From Rebecca billardiae RCC1528 (Eukaryota > Protista > Haptophyta): a DNA stretch of 64,000 nucleotides. Location of the stretch: positions 806,001-870,000 of the forward strand of contig OZ251234.1 of the NCBI GenBank assembly GCA_965240325.2, in the 5' to 3' direction. The stretch's first letter is position 1, and every line of letters starts with the position of its first letter. Of this stretch, positions 12,351 to 23,103 are shown piece by piece. A program made the translations under genes and the position numbers. The notes beneath the pieces are model-generated. The model made no database searches. It was not told where the DNA came from and saw only the letters and a list, made by a program, of their open reading frames with translations.

Positions 12351-13234
12351 TTGCCCAGGCCGTTCAAGCGAGCACCACCGAGCTGTTAGTTGGAGCAACT
12401 GCTGCCGCCCGTCATTATACTGTACGTACTGCTGCTGCAGCATCAACAGCGCCGCTGTTACCAGCAGCGCTGCGCTCGTGTATCCGAAGCAGCGCCGCAT
12501 TGATGGTCCTGCGGTCTGAGTAGGGGAGTATGCCAGTAGCTCGCATGCACCTGGAGTGCAGTCCATGCCTGTACTGCCTCGCCGAGTACTACTAGAGTAG
12601 TAGGACCTCATGTGCTCACGCAGCTGTGCCGCTGCCGTCTCCTTGCTGTGACGCGCAGAGCAAGTCGAGGAGTGTCTGGCGACCACCGGTGCCAGTGCTG
12701 CGCCGACAGGTAGATGCCCACCACCGGGCCCCGCCCGTAGCATGGGCGATGGTGAGATGAGTGGCAGCACAGCGCACAGCTACGAGCAAGGTTGATGTGC
12801 GACGGTATGGAGGCACGCGTGCTCGCTGCATGCTCCGAGCCCCGTGCTGCGTGCCCCCTGCTGCTTCTCGCCCTTGGTCGTCTCCTCGTCGATGCCCTCC
12901 TCCCCCGTACGCGTGAGCTCCGCGACGCCATCGGGCCAGCCTACCAACGAACAGTGGGCGTGGCGCCCTGCTGACGGCTGGCTGCCATCGCAAGCCATGC
13001 ACGCCTGCACACGGCAACAGGGCCGTTTGCGCCCTGTTGCCGTGTGCACGGCCACAGCGGGCCGGTGCACACGGCAACAGCAGTGCGAAACCCCCTGAGG
13101 GTGACCCCTTTTGCGCCCCAGTGTGCACACGACAACAGGGCGCAAACGCCCCTGTTGCCGTGTGCAGTCGCCAGTGGCAAACGCCAAACCTGGCTGGGCC
13201 AGCCCCCAACCAACCACCACCCTCACCCAACCTC

Positions 13235-13414
13235 CAAGGGCGTTCCCGGGATCCTGCCACACGCTCCCGAAAGCAATGCCCCCCCCTGGGGGGGGGGCAT
13301 TGCTACCGGACTGGCGCGGGCCGTAATCAAATGTACCCGCTTGAAATAGAGGAAGCCCATTTCAATAGGAACACGGTTCGATTTGGCGTATGACCAGTGC
13401 GGGGAACGCCCCTG
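13235..13414. mobile_element. 180-bp MITE with TIRs CAAGGGCGTTCCC / GGGAACGCCCCTG
   Basis: Terminal inverted repeats and an internal hairpin AGCAATGC8-T-G-run-CATTGCT. Homologous body at 44693-46118 (interrupted) and ~48520-48642. No clear TSD. Confidence 0.7.
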
Positions 13415-14623
13415 ACCACTGACCGAGACACCGCCCGCGCCCTGGCCAGTGGCGCGCTTGCTCAGCGGATGTTGGCACACAGATTGTTGCCCGACGCAAG
13501 GGCTTGCCCGACGCCTGCGGCGGGCGGCGGCGAGGGCGTGCTCCGCTGGCGGGGCGAGCGCACGGGGCACGGCGCTGCGGGCGCGGATGTGCCCGCGAAG
13601 CCGGCGCGTGCGGACGGGCTGTTGCGGGAGAGTATCTGGCGCCCTCCTGCGCCGCGCGTCTTGCGCAACGCCTCTTTCGCCTCGGCTCAGGGCAGCGCGC
13701 ACGCACGCGCCGCCTCAAGGCCAGCCTTGCCTGCGCCGCAGCCGACCGCGCGCGCGCCGTGCGCGGCGTGGTCGGGAAGGAGCGGGCGCTGCTGCCGGGC
13801 GAGATGGCGACACCATGCGCGCACGCCATGCCGCCCTGCGATGCCGCGACAGGGCACGGCAATAGATCTGCACAGCTGTTGACGAGTGCTGATCGCTTGT
13901 CATGCCAAGCCAGACCTGAGCTCGAAGAAGATGATGAAAGAGCATCAGCGCGAGGAAAGCGTCGCTCCCAGCACTTCTGCATGACCACGCGGTGATGAAC
14001 ATTCATGTAAGAGTAGCCCGCGTGCCCGTCTGGCACTGTTCTGGGTCTCAATGATCGTCCCGACATTCCGACAAGGGTCACGACCACGAGGCCGTGCACA
14101 ACATTTGTGACAAGTCAAAGAGGCATGCAAACAGACCGACGACGCGCTCGTCAAGGCGTGGCGGGGCGGCATGTACGTTGAGCACTCGACGTGCGGCTAG
14201 CGCGATTGGTGCTCATTAGGAGTCTTGCGGTGGAGAGCAGTCCAGAGCCTAAGTTGCCAGCGCTTACATCTACACCACCCCTGATCGCGCGTGACAACTC
14301 TCAGCCTCAGGCTGTAAAATGTCATGCTGTGCACTCATGCCAGCTCATCTACTCAACGTCTCACGCCAAACGGCGTTTGGCCGCGACTGCGGCTCAGCGC
14401 TGGCGACTTTGCCCGGACGTGAGCAAACGTACATTCGCCCCCACAACCGCGCCAGCGCCATTCAAGATGCGCTGCTCGTGCCGACCCACTGTCTAAGTGC
14501 TCTAGTAGCTCACTGAGGACGTGCTCGCGCTTTTCATGCCGACACCAGTGTGCATTGAGCTAGGCGCTCTTGTCACTCGCGCGCGCAAGAGCGAAGTGAG
14601 TACGTACAAGGCCTGGCCAGAGA

Positions 14624-15236
14624 CAAGGGCGGTAAGGGCTGTCAACTCCGAGTGGCGCCGAGTGGCGGAGGTTGGGCGCCCCTCAACTCGTGCGGCCCCG
14701 CGGCGCAGCGGCTAAGTCTCCTGGGGCGCAGCCCTGGAGGGCGCGTGGGGTGCGCACGCCGCGTGCTCCTGCGGCCGCGGCAGCGGCCGCGGACACGGCG
14801 CGCGTGGTTGGTCGTATCATCTGGCGCAAGGCGGCATGACGCGCGCCCATCATACGTGAGCCTCGCCCCGGGCGCGCGCCCGACCCGCGCCGACCGCGCC
14901 GCGCACCGCGCGCGCGCCGGCGGCTGGCGCGTGGCCACGGCTGGCTCTTGGTGCGGCGCGCGTGCGCGGCTGGCCTGAGGCGCGGCGAGGGCGCCGGCAA
15001 GCGCGGCGCGCGGCGTGAGAGGGTACTACGTGCTGTCTAGCAGGCGACCAACCACGCGCGCCGTGTCCGCGGCCGCTGCCGCGGCCGCAGGAGCACGCGG
15101 CGTGCGCTTCCCCACGCGCCCTCCAGGGCGGCGCCCCAGGAGACTTAGCCGCTGGGCCGCGAGGCCGCACGAGTTGAGGGGCCCAGAACCTCCGCCACTC
15201 GGCGCCACTGGGAGTTGACAGCCCTTACCGCCCTTG
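14624..15236. mobile_element. 613-bp foldback MITE (P-like), TIR CAAGGGCGGTAAGGGCTGTCAACTCC...
   Basis: ~190-bp TIRs; 7-bp TSD CCAGAGA at 14617-14623 and 15237-15243. Confidence 0.9.
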
Positions 15237-16155
15237 CCAGAGATCAGGTGTGGGAGCGCTGCACGCTGCTGCAAAGCCGTGCCTGGTGCCACATCTGCAA
15301 GTTGGCTGCCGTCCTCGCCGTGCTCGAGCACTTCGCCCAGCGCTAGCGCCCAGCGCGCAAGCACGCCCTTGACCCGCTCACACGCGCATGGCTCGCGCCG
15401 TGCGCCTCGCCGCTGCCCATCGCGACAGGTGTCTCCGGGCGGTGCGTGGGCGGCGCTTGCAGCACGGGCGATGGCTGATGGCGTTCTGCGACGAGCCCCG
15501 TTGCGACATCGGTCCGCGTCCTATGAGCTCGCGTTCGATCTCGCGACCTGTAAGTCGTTTCGTACGCGAACCGTCGGCAAGAAAAAACGGGCTTTTACCC
15601 CGAATACCCTCGGCGGAAATTTTTTGTTATATATATATAACCGTTCGGTTATAGGGGTATAACTGGGCCAGCCCGCCGCCATGATCGGCTGCTCCTCAAC
15701 GCTGCTAACCGCTGCTGACCTGCTCAGGGCGGCAGTAACCTGACCTCACTTATCAGCTCGGTCCCACTCACCACTCTCCCCCGAGCTGCGGAGCCGCGGG
15801 CTTCCGCACAGTGACCGGACCGTGCTGGGCGGGCAGCAAGCTCCGGGCGCCGGGTGCGCGCCCAGCGAAGCGGTATGATTCCTGGGCGGTCTATAACGAG
15901 CAGCCGGACCCGCCTACCGAACCGGTAGGTTCTACCTCTGAGCGCCGCCGATGCGGTGCCGCGGCCGGCCTGTTCTGTCGGCAGCCGAGGCGGGGCTGGG
16001 CCAGTGGGCCGAAAGCCCCAGCTGCTCAGCAGCACTTCGGTCGAGAATGGCCCTTACTACCCTTGGCAGGATCCCGGGAACGCCCTTGGAAGGGGGGGCA
16101 GCAGGCTGAGCATCGCGGGGTGAACGTGTTGTGCGTCAGCGCGCGCCATCGGCCG

Positions 16156-17160
16156 ATGGCGACGGGAGTATTCGTCGTCGTCGTCGGGCTCGGCCTACTG
16201 CACGGTGGCGCCGTCTCCCTCTCGCCTGGCTTCCCCAAAGGGACAGCTATCTCGCCAATGGAGGCCGAGGGCTTTCCATGCCTCGATTCCAACGGTCGGC
16301 CCTGTGCGAAGCGGGAGCAACGCTGCACGACTTTCGCGGGTGACGCCGACATGCAGTGCGGCATTGAGTGGGATGAGTGGAATCTCGTGGAGGCCTTCGT
16401 CACGCCGGCCGATGCCGTTCTTGAGTTTGGCGCCCGCTTTGGTACCACGTCATGCATGCTTGCAGCTGCGACGAACAATTCTGGGAGCGTCGTGTCAGTC
16501 GAGCCAGATCCAAGAGTGCAGCAAGTCCTGCAGGCCAACCGCAAACGTCACAAGTGCAACTTCAACATCGTGAACGGCACGGTCAGTGCAAGCGCATTCA
16601 ACGGCACCTTCCACGTGGGTGCCTACAGCTCCAACACGAGGGGGCGTGCACCGGCCGTCAGCAACGGTCGCCCCAAGTCACCGACACTACTCTTCAACGT
16701 CAAGCCATCCGCCATCGAACGCGACGTTCTCGGCCGCAAGCCCACGCTACTTCTGATTGATTGCGAGGGATGCATCGGGGAAGTCTTCACCTCTGGTATC
16801 GACTTCGGCGCCGTGGACAAAGTGCTCATCGAAGAGGATGGTCCTCGCAAGGCTGACTACCAGCGCCTCTGGTATCCCTTCCTCCGCGCGCAAGGCTTGA
16901 CGCTCGTGTGGAGAAAGCGATCGACCTTCCTGACGCGTAAGACGTGGCGCAAGTCTCAGAACGTCGTGCACTCTGTTTGGCAGCGCGGTGGGCTCCGCCC
17001 TGGCCAACTCACGTGCGAGCAGTTCGCGGCGCGGCATGCCTGGGGTAAGGCTCTCCTTGACTGTCTGGAGTTGCCATCTGAGGACAGCAGCAGCGGCCAG
17101 CGCGTTGCGCCACCACTGCCCAGATCCCAGCTCGCTGCGCTTGGGTTGCTCTCGCAGTGA
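16156..17160 (+). CDS. FkbM-family SAM-dependent methyltransferase with N-terminal signal peptide
   Basis: ATG at 16156 begins MATGVFVVVVGLGLLHGGAVS. Motifs VLEFGARFGTTS, VEPD and LLLIDCEG. Intronless. Confidence 0.85.
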   Translation: MATGVFVVVVGLGLLHGGAVSLSPGFPKGTAISPMEAEGFPCLDSNGRPCAKREQRCTTFAGDADMQCGIEWDEWNLVEAFVTPADAVLEFGARFGTTSCMLAAATNNSGSVVSVEPDPRVQQVLQANRKRHKCNFNIVNGTVSASAFNGTFHVGAYSSNTRGRAPAVSNGRPKSPTLLFNVKPSAIERDVLGRKPTLLLIDCEGCIGEVFTSGIDFGAVDKVLIEEDGPRKADYQRLWYPFLRAQGLTLVWRKRSTFLTRKTWRKSQNVVHSVWQRGGLRPGQLTCEQFAARHAWGKALLDCLELPSEDSSSGQRVAPPLPRSQLAALGLLSQ

Positions 17161-18460
17161 TGTACGTACTGCTGTACAACATGTATACATGCGGAGTGAG
17201 CTCTGGGCATGTGCTGCCGCTGCGTGCGGCCACTACTTGCAGCAGAGAATGAGCAGACTGCGGAACGTGGCTCCGGCAGCTCCGTTACGTCTTGGCCCCG
17301 AGCCGAAGTCAACCAAGCGGACCATGCAGCAGAGTCCCTTCCGACCCGCCCGATTGATGACTTCAACGAGAAATAGTGCATCCGACCCGACCTCCCAATA
17401 GGTTCAGACTATATTTTTACTATGTCATTACCCGTCCCTTACTACTCACATTTCAGCACAGCCTGGGAGCGTTCCCGGGACACTCCTGTATACATACGTA
17501 CGCCGCGTACGCGAAACTGTCACCCGGGCAGCCGGACTGGTTATGGCCTGCTGTGCAGGGCGGAGCGCGCAGCGTGGATGGAGCCCGCTCCGTGGGCCCT
17601 AACCACGTTTCGTCAAAAAGCAGATCTTCATGATCAAGAAAAAAGGGACGGGGAACGATTTTCAGGGCTGGAGGAGACCGAGTTTCCGGAATTTTGAGAC
17701 CGCACAGAGGTATCCATTCGGCGCGACAAAAGGTCGCGCCCACGACAAGTTCATTCCGGTAAAGCGTGATGGAGTGACGCCCGTCCAAAAAACTTCACGC
17801 CCTTTAGGATCCCTAACACTGTAACGAACCGTTACAAGCGATTTTTTCCAGCCAATGAGATTGCCGCAATGTCAAGGAGCGACGACGTATCAGCGAGCCC
17901 GGCACAGCAGTCATGGCGCACGGCCCCCCCGAAAGGTCTGAGCGTGAGCGAAAGCCGGGGGGGGCGGCGCACGTGCTCCGCAAAATCAAAAAAGATAATG
18001 GCGCGCGTGATGCTGGTGGGGATTTTGTACTTGTAGCAGGGGGAGAGCTGCTAGTGCTAGTGAATGGCATTCAACCCCCTTGATGACGCTTGATTGCGTT
18101 CGTACTATCCGATTCCCCTGCTCGTATTAATTTCTTTCTGCAGCATGGATACTAATAGGACAATTCCCTCGCTGAATAGCACAAATGGCCTTGGCCTTCT
18201 TGGCCCAATGCGGGTGGCATTCGACATCTCTATCTGCGAGGATGAAGAGCTCCCTGATGAAAGAAGTGTGGTGAGTGTGTCCTAGACAGCCTGATTCGGA
18301 AAGGTCAATAATTGCGATTGTCATTCAAGATTCCTCACTCCTTATTGCAAACTGATTCCGAAGCCAATGCGGGTGTGATCGACGCGTTGTGATGCTCTAT
18401 CTGGACTCGCGATGATCGGCGAACAGTCACGATCCAACTGCCGCCGGCACGTCGGCGCGT

Positions 18461-19483
18461 GTGTGTAAGCCGGTGCGATCGCGTGGGGCGCGCGGCGGCG
18501 TGTGCAGCTGCCAGGCGGAGGCGTCGGGGGCGGCGGCTGAAGGGAGCGAGGGCGGTGGTGGCGGCACGGACGAGGGAGGCGCGCCGAACGGCATGTCCGT
18601 CCTCACCCTCGCCAGCGGCGGCCGCCCGCGCGTCACCGCCGCCGGCTCTCAGCCGACGCCGCCGCCCGCGAGTGCCGCCAACAGCGCGCGGCGGGCGCGT
18701 CACGGCAGGCGGCGGGGGCGGCGACTGCAGGGAGCGAGGGCGATGGTGGCGGCGCAGTCGAGGGAGGTGCGCCATCCGGACAGCGCGGCGGCGCGGCGCG
18801 CGGCCGAGCGCGGGAGCCTGGGCGGCGGCGGGCGCGCGGCGGGGCATGTGCTGCCCGAGAGGCTGGCGCACTCGCCCAGCGCCGCCGCGCACACCGCCGC
18901 CGACCTCGCGCGCACGACCTCCGTCAACTCCTCCGTCAGCGGCGGAGAGCGCGTCGCCTCGCCGCCCACGCTGCCGCCCAGCCGGTTCGTCATCCGAGCG
19001 CTCGCCGGGCGCCCGCGGCGTGCGTGCGCCGGGCCGCGGTCGCCGCCTACTAAGTGGTGGGACCGTTGCTGGGGGGCGGGGCGGGCGGAGGAGATGGCGG
19101 TGGCAAAGGAGGACGCGGTGGTGGACGTGGACGTCACGCAGTCCGGGCTGCACTGGCTCATCCACCTCCTCTCTGCACTCGACCCGCCGCCGTCACCGAC
19201 GGCGCAGCAGCTGGCGGCGGCGCGACGGATGGTGGCGGGCGCGGCCGCGGCCGAGGCGGGCGCGCGCCGCGCGCGCCGCTGCGGCGGCGTGGAGCGGCGG
19301 GAGCTGAGCGGCGCGCTGCTGCACACGCAGTCACGCTGCGCACGTGCTGCAGACGCTGTACGAGCGCGCCACCGCCGACGCCGTCGCGCCGCCGCTGCCC
19401 CCGCCGCACCGGCACCGTCCGACCGACCGTCCGACCGTGTCGTCACAAGCCGCGGCTGCTGCTCACATTCACAAGCTCACTAG
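18461..19483 (+). pseudogene. Probable captured host gene fragment of unknown function
   Basis: Protein-like, GC3-rich stretch (AKEDAVVDVDVTQSGLHWLIHLLSALDP) inside the putative Helitron-like element; no recognisable domain. Confidence 0.3.
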
Positions 19484-19632
19484 CTGCGTGATGGTGACTA
19501 GCCACTAGGGCCGTGCGCCCTCAACTTCGTTGTTCACTACCCGAAGATCGGCGTAGCCGATCATTATACAGTTTACTATGTTTTAACGTGCACACTTGGT
19601 TAAGGCGTGACAGTACTTGAATCGTGCTGGAC

Positions 19633-20763
19633 CCGAAGGGCGGTAAGGGCTGTCAACTCCCAGTGGCGCGGAGTGGCGGAGGTTGGTTGCCCCTCAACTC
19701 GTGCGGCCTCGCGGCGCAGCGGCTAAGTCTCCTGTGCCGCCGCCCTGGAGGGCGCGTGGGGTGCGCACGCCGCGTGCTCCTGCGGCCGCGGCAGCGGCCG
19801 CGGACACGGCGCGCGTGGTTGGTCGCATGCTAGACAGCACGTAGTACCCTCCCACGCGGCGCGCCGCGCTCGCCGGCGGCCTCGCCGCGCCTCAGGCCAG
19901 CCGCGCACGCGCGCCGCACCAAGAGCCAGCCGTGGCCACGCGCCAGCCGGCGGCGCACGCGCGGTGCGCGGTGCGGTCGGCGCGGGTCGGGCGCGCGCCC
20001 GGGGCGAAGGTCGCGTGTGATGGGCGCGCGCCATGCCGCCTCGCGCCGCCGCGCTGACGCCCGCATGGGTCGGCGCGCACGCGTTTTCATGCTGTCGAGT
20101 GTGCATTGCCATGTTTGAAAATGCTCATGTTGAGACGATCATGGGAAGGCAGCGACGCGTGATAGACAAGCGCAGACCACTGATATGCGCACGGCTAGCC
20201 TCCTACTATGGCACGCAAGTCCCCAAGTGCCCGCGTTCGTCGCAGTGATGTGCTCACAGCCGCTTGTCCAAGCTCATTTCTGATGGCCGAGGAATGCTCG
20301 ACGAGCACCCTTCAGCAGCCGCGTGGAACGTGATCAAGCTCGTGTGCGGCGGCGCGAGGCGGCATGGCGCGCGCCCTCCACACGCGACCTTCGCCCCGGG
20401 CGCGCGCCCGACCCGCGCCGACCGCACCGCGCACCGCGCGCGCGCCGCCGGCTGGCGCGTGGCCACGGCTGGCTCTTGGTGCGGCGCGCGTGCGCGGCTG
20501 GCCTGAGGCGCGGCGAGGGCGCCGGCGAGCGCGGCGCGCGGCGTGGGAGGGTACTACGTGCTGTCTAGCATGCGACCAACCACGCGCGCCGTGTCCGCGG
20601 CCGCTGCCGCGGCCGCAGGAGCACGCGGCGTGCGCACCCCACGCGCCCTCCAGGGCGGCGGCACAGGAGACTTAGCCGCTGCGCCGCGAGGCCGCACGAG
20701 TTGAGGGGCAACCAACCTCCGCCACTCCGCGCCACTGGGAGTTGACAGCCCTTACCGCCCTTG
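19633..20763. mobile_element. 1.13-kb foldback element, same family as 14624-15236
   Basis: ~420-bp TIRs around a ~280-bp spacer; 7-bp TSD GCTGGAC at 19626-19632 and 20764-20770. Confidence 0.9.
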
Positions 20764-23103
20764 GCTGGACTGAGGTCGCTTGCCCGGCCGGTGGCCCGCA
20801 CGAACCGTCACAATCCAGCGCACCTGCAAAAATGCGCTGAAAAATGAGACGTCGACGCCGCCCCTGAAGCGTCACCAACTCGCGAAAGCCGGCGAGCTCA
20901 AAGCGGGGGGCTGCGCACCCACACGGGCGAGCCCTCGTCCTCGACCCGACCATCGGTGTGGACGACCGCGCGGAGCGCGCGCCGCGCGCGCGGAGCGCGC
21001 GCGGCCGCGGGCGCCTCCCGCGCGGGCGGCGTACGCACGCCCGCGCGCCCGCCCGCGCGCGCGTCCGCGTTTGCGGGCGCGCGCGGATCAGCCATCAGGC
21101 TTCCGTGTCGGGGCGTTGCGTCCGACATGCGCCATGTCGTGCCATGTCGTGGCGTGCGCATGTGCGTACTCTCGGTGGGGTGGTGCGCGGGCGGCGGCGC
21201 TCTCCTGATTTCTACCCCGCGCCCGTGTCGCTGTGCGTGCGCGCTGCGTCGCGCAGGCACGCAAGTGCGCGGGAGCCATCCGCGTGCTCGCGACGACGGC
21301 CGGCCGACGGCCAGCTGTGGAGTAGACGGCCGTCGACTCGAGGGCGCCACCGCGCCGGGTGAGTGAGCACGCACGGGCTCCGCCTCGGTCGGAGGCTGGC
21401 TGGCCGCCGCCGTGGCTTCGAGGCCGACGCGGCGGACGAGGAGGCGGCGGGCGAGCACGGTGGCGCGGTGGAGCAGGCGCGCACGCGCGGCGGCAGGCGC
21501 GACCCGCCGCTCGCCTCGTTCCATCCCGAGCTCCGCTCGGTCTCGCCTCTCGGTGCGCGGCTGCGCAGGCGCCGTGAGCGCAGGCTGGGGGTGGGGCCAG
21601 CAGTGGTGCGCGCTCTCGCTCTGCCGGCACGAGGCGCGTCGGCTGAGCGACCAGCGGCCCGTCGTCGAGCGCATGGCGCAACGCGAGCACCTCAATCAAG
21701 GCAGGTGCGCCCGCACGCCCGCACGCGCCGGCCCGCGCCGCGCGGCGCCTCTCGGAGTTCTCGCTCGCCCTGCGCGCGCGCGCCGCCCCCGGCCGGGCCG
21801 CTTCTTCGCGCGGCCCGCGGCGACAGTCCTCATCGGCCCGCCATGTTGACCAGACTGAGACAGCAGCCGACGGAGCCGGAGGGTGCACCGCGGGCCCCTA
21901 CTAACTACGTTGGTTCTACGGAAGGACCGCGGAACGCGGTCATATTGCTATCTGGCGAGAAGATGGTAGGAGGTGTCGTCGACAGCATGGGCTGCGGCTG
22001 CGGTAGTAGTGGACTGGTGGCGGCCTCACGCGGGCGGGCATACGACGAACTGCAACGGAGCCGGTGACACTCGCTCGGAGCACGAGCACGGAAGCCGCCG
22101 AACGCGGCAAGCTCGGCGGTGGCGTTGGCTGCTAGTCCAGCCTCGACGGCGGAGGACTCTCATGTGAGGACGGTGGCATGCTCGGTGGCGAGCGATGCTG
22201 TGTGCCTCGGCACACAGCCCGCCACAAACACTGCCTCTCGCAGGCAGCCCGGTTGCGGCCCTGGTTGCCTGTGTCCGCGTCGGCTCGGCGCCTATTCAGA
22301 TACCCAACAAATGTACCCGCCACGACATATCGGAAGGAACTTGAATGTATATTGAACCACATCCACGGTCAATTTAATGTGGGTAACAGTGTCCCTATAT
22401 ATATACGGGTAAATTCTTATATAAAAAATGGGTAATCTGCTCGATCTGGCTGTAGTCAGTAGTTTGTTGGAGGACAGTATCGGCGCACAGCATAGAGCCC
22501 CACTCTTGCTTCATAAAATCGTTCGGTTGGTTGACGACGTTTGTCAATAGGTCTTTCCGATCGCATGTCGTCATCTAGCCACCATAACAATTATTAAGTG
22601 TCAAAAGCCCAAGGCAGCCATTGGCGCCATTCCCCAGCTCGAGGTTTCAATCTCAAGGCGCTGAGCAATTCTAAGCGCCACCATGCTGAGGCTTCATTCC
22701 AAATTCAAAACCTTATCATCGACCTCAACTGTCGGTTTTATTCACGTCCAGTGCACCAATTCATTCATCATCATTCATCGTGCATTTCATAATGGCCAAC
22801 AAGCGTCGCGGAACAATCCAGGAATCAAAGCTCCTGAGATGTTCTCAAGCCTTCGCAGGGCAATGCACTATCAGATCATTCCGAGAACGTGCCTTCGCAA
22901 TCAGAAGCCGAGAAGCATCTCCAAACTTTCTAATCACGAAAGTTCTGGGATGAGTCCTTCGTGAGAACCCTACAAAAGTTTTTCTCAGCGATCTGGAGCT
23001 ACACCAGCCACACAACAAAACCGAACTGATCAGCAAGCAGGGCCAGACCCCTGCGCCACCATCGCCAAAGAGCGAACCTCCGCCAGCGCACGAAGTGCCA
23101 ATC

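Larger units (their letters stand above)
6349..13196. mobile_element. 6.85-kb non-autonomous foldback DNA transposon (Galileo/P-like)
   Basis: Termini CAGTAAGGTCTGGCG and CGCCAAACCTGGCTG. ~585-bp near-identical TIRs (6349-~6931 vs ~12613-13196). 7-bp TSD GGCCAGC at 6342-6348 and 13197-13203. Inverted tandem arrays inside. Confidence 0.85.
17544..21945 (+). mobile_element. Helitron2/Helentron-like non-autonomous element carrying captured fragments and a nested MITE
   Basis: 5' end TGGCCTGCTGTGCAGGGCGG matches four other 5' ends. 3' end has the subterminal inverted copy TGCACCGCGGGCC followed by hairpin GACCGCG-GAA-CGCGGTC-ATAT, as at 51525 and 53611. Pairing of these two ends is inferred. Confidence 0.55.

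Noticed and set aside
7170-12523. Long ORFs (365-770 aa) across the 214-bp arrays
   Set aside because: They occur in all frames on both strands, the unit is not a multiple of 3, and stop scarcity follows from very high GC. They lie inside a foldback transposon.
13235-16088. One 2.85-kb transposon bounded by the two 25-bp inverted motifs
   Set aside because: The flanks CAACCTC and GAAGGGG are not a TSD, and the left motif already has its own partner end at 13414. Not fully excluded.
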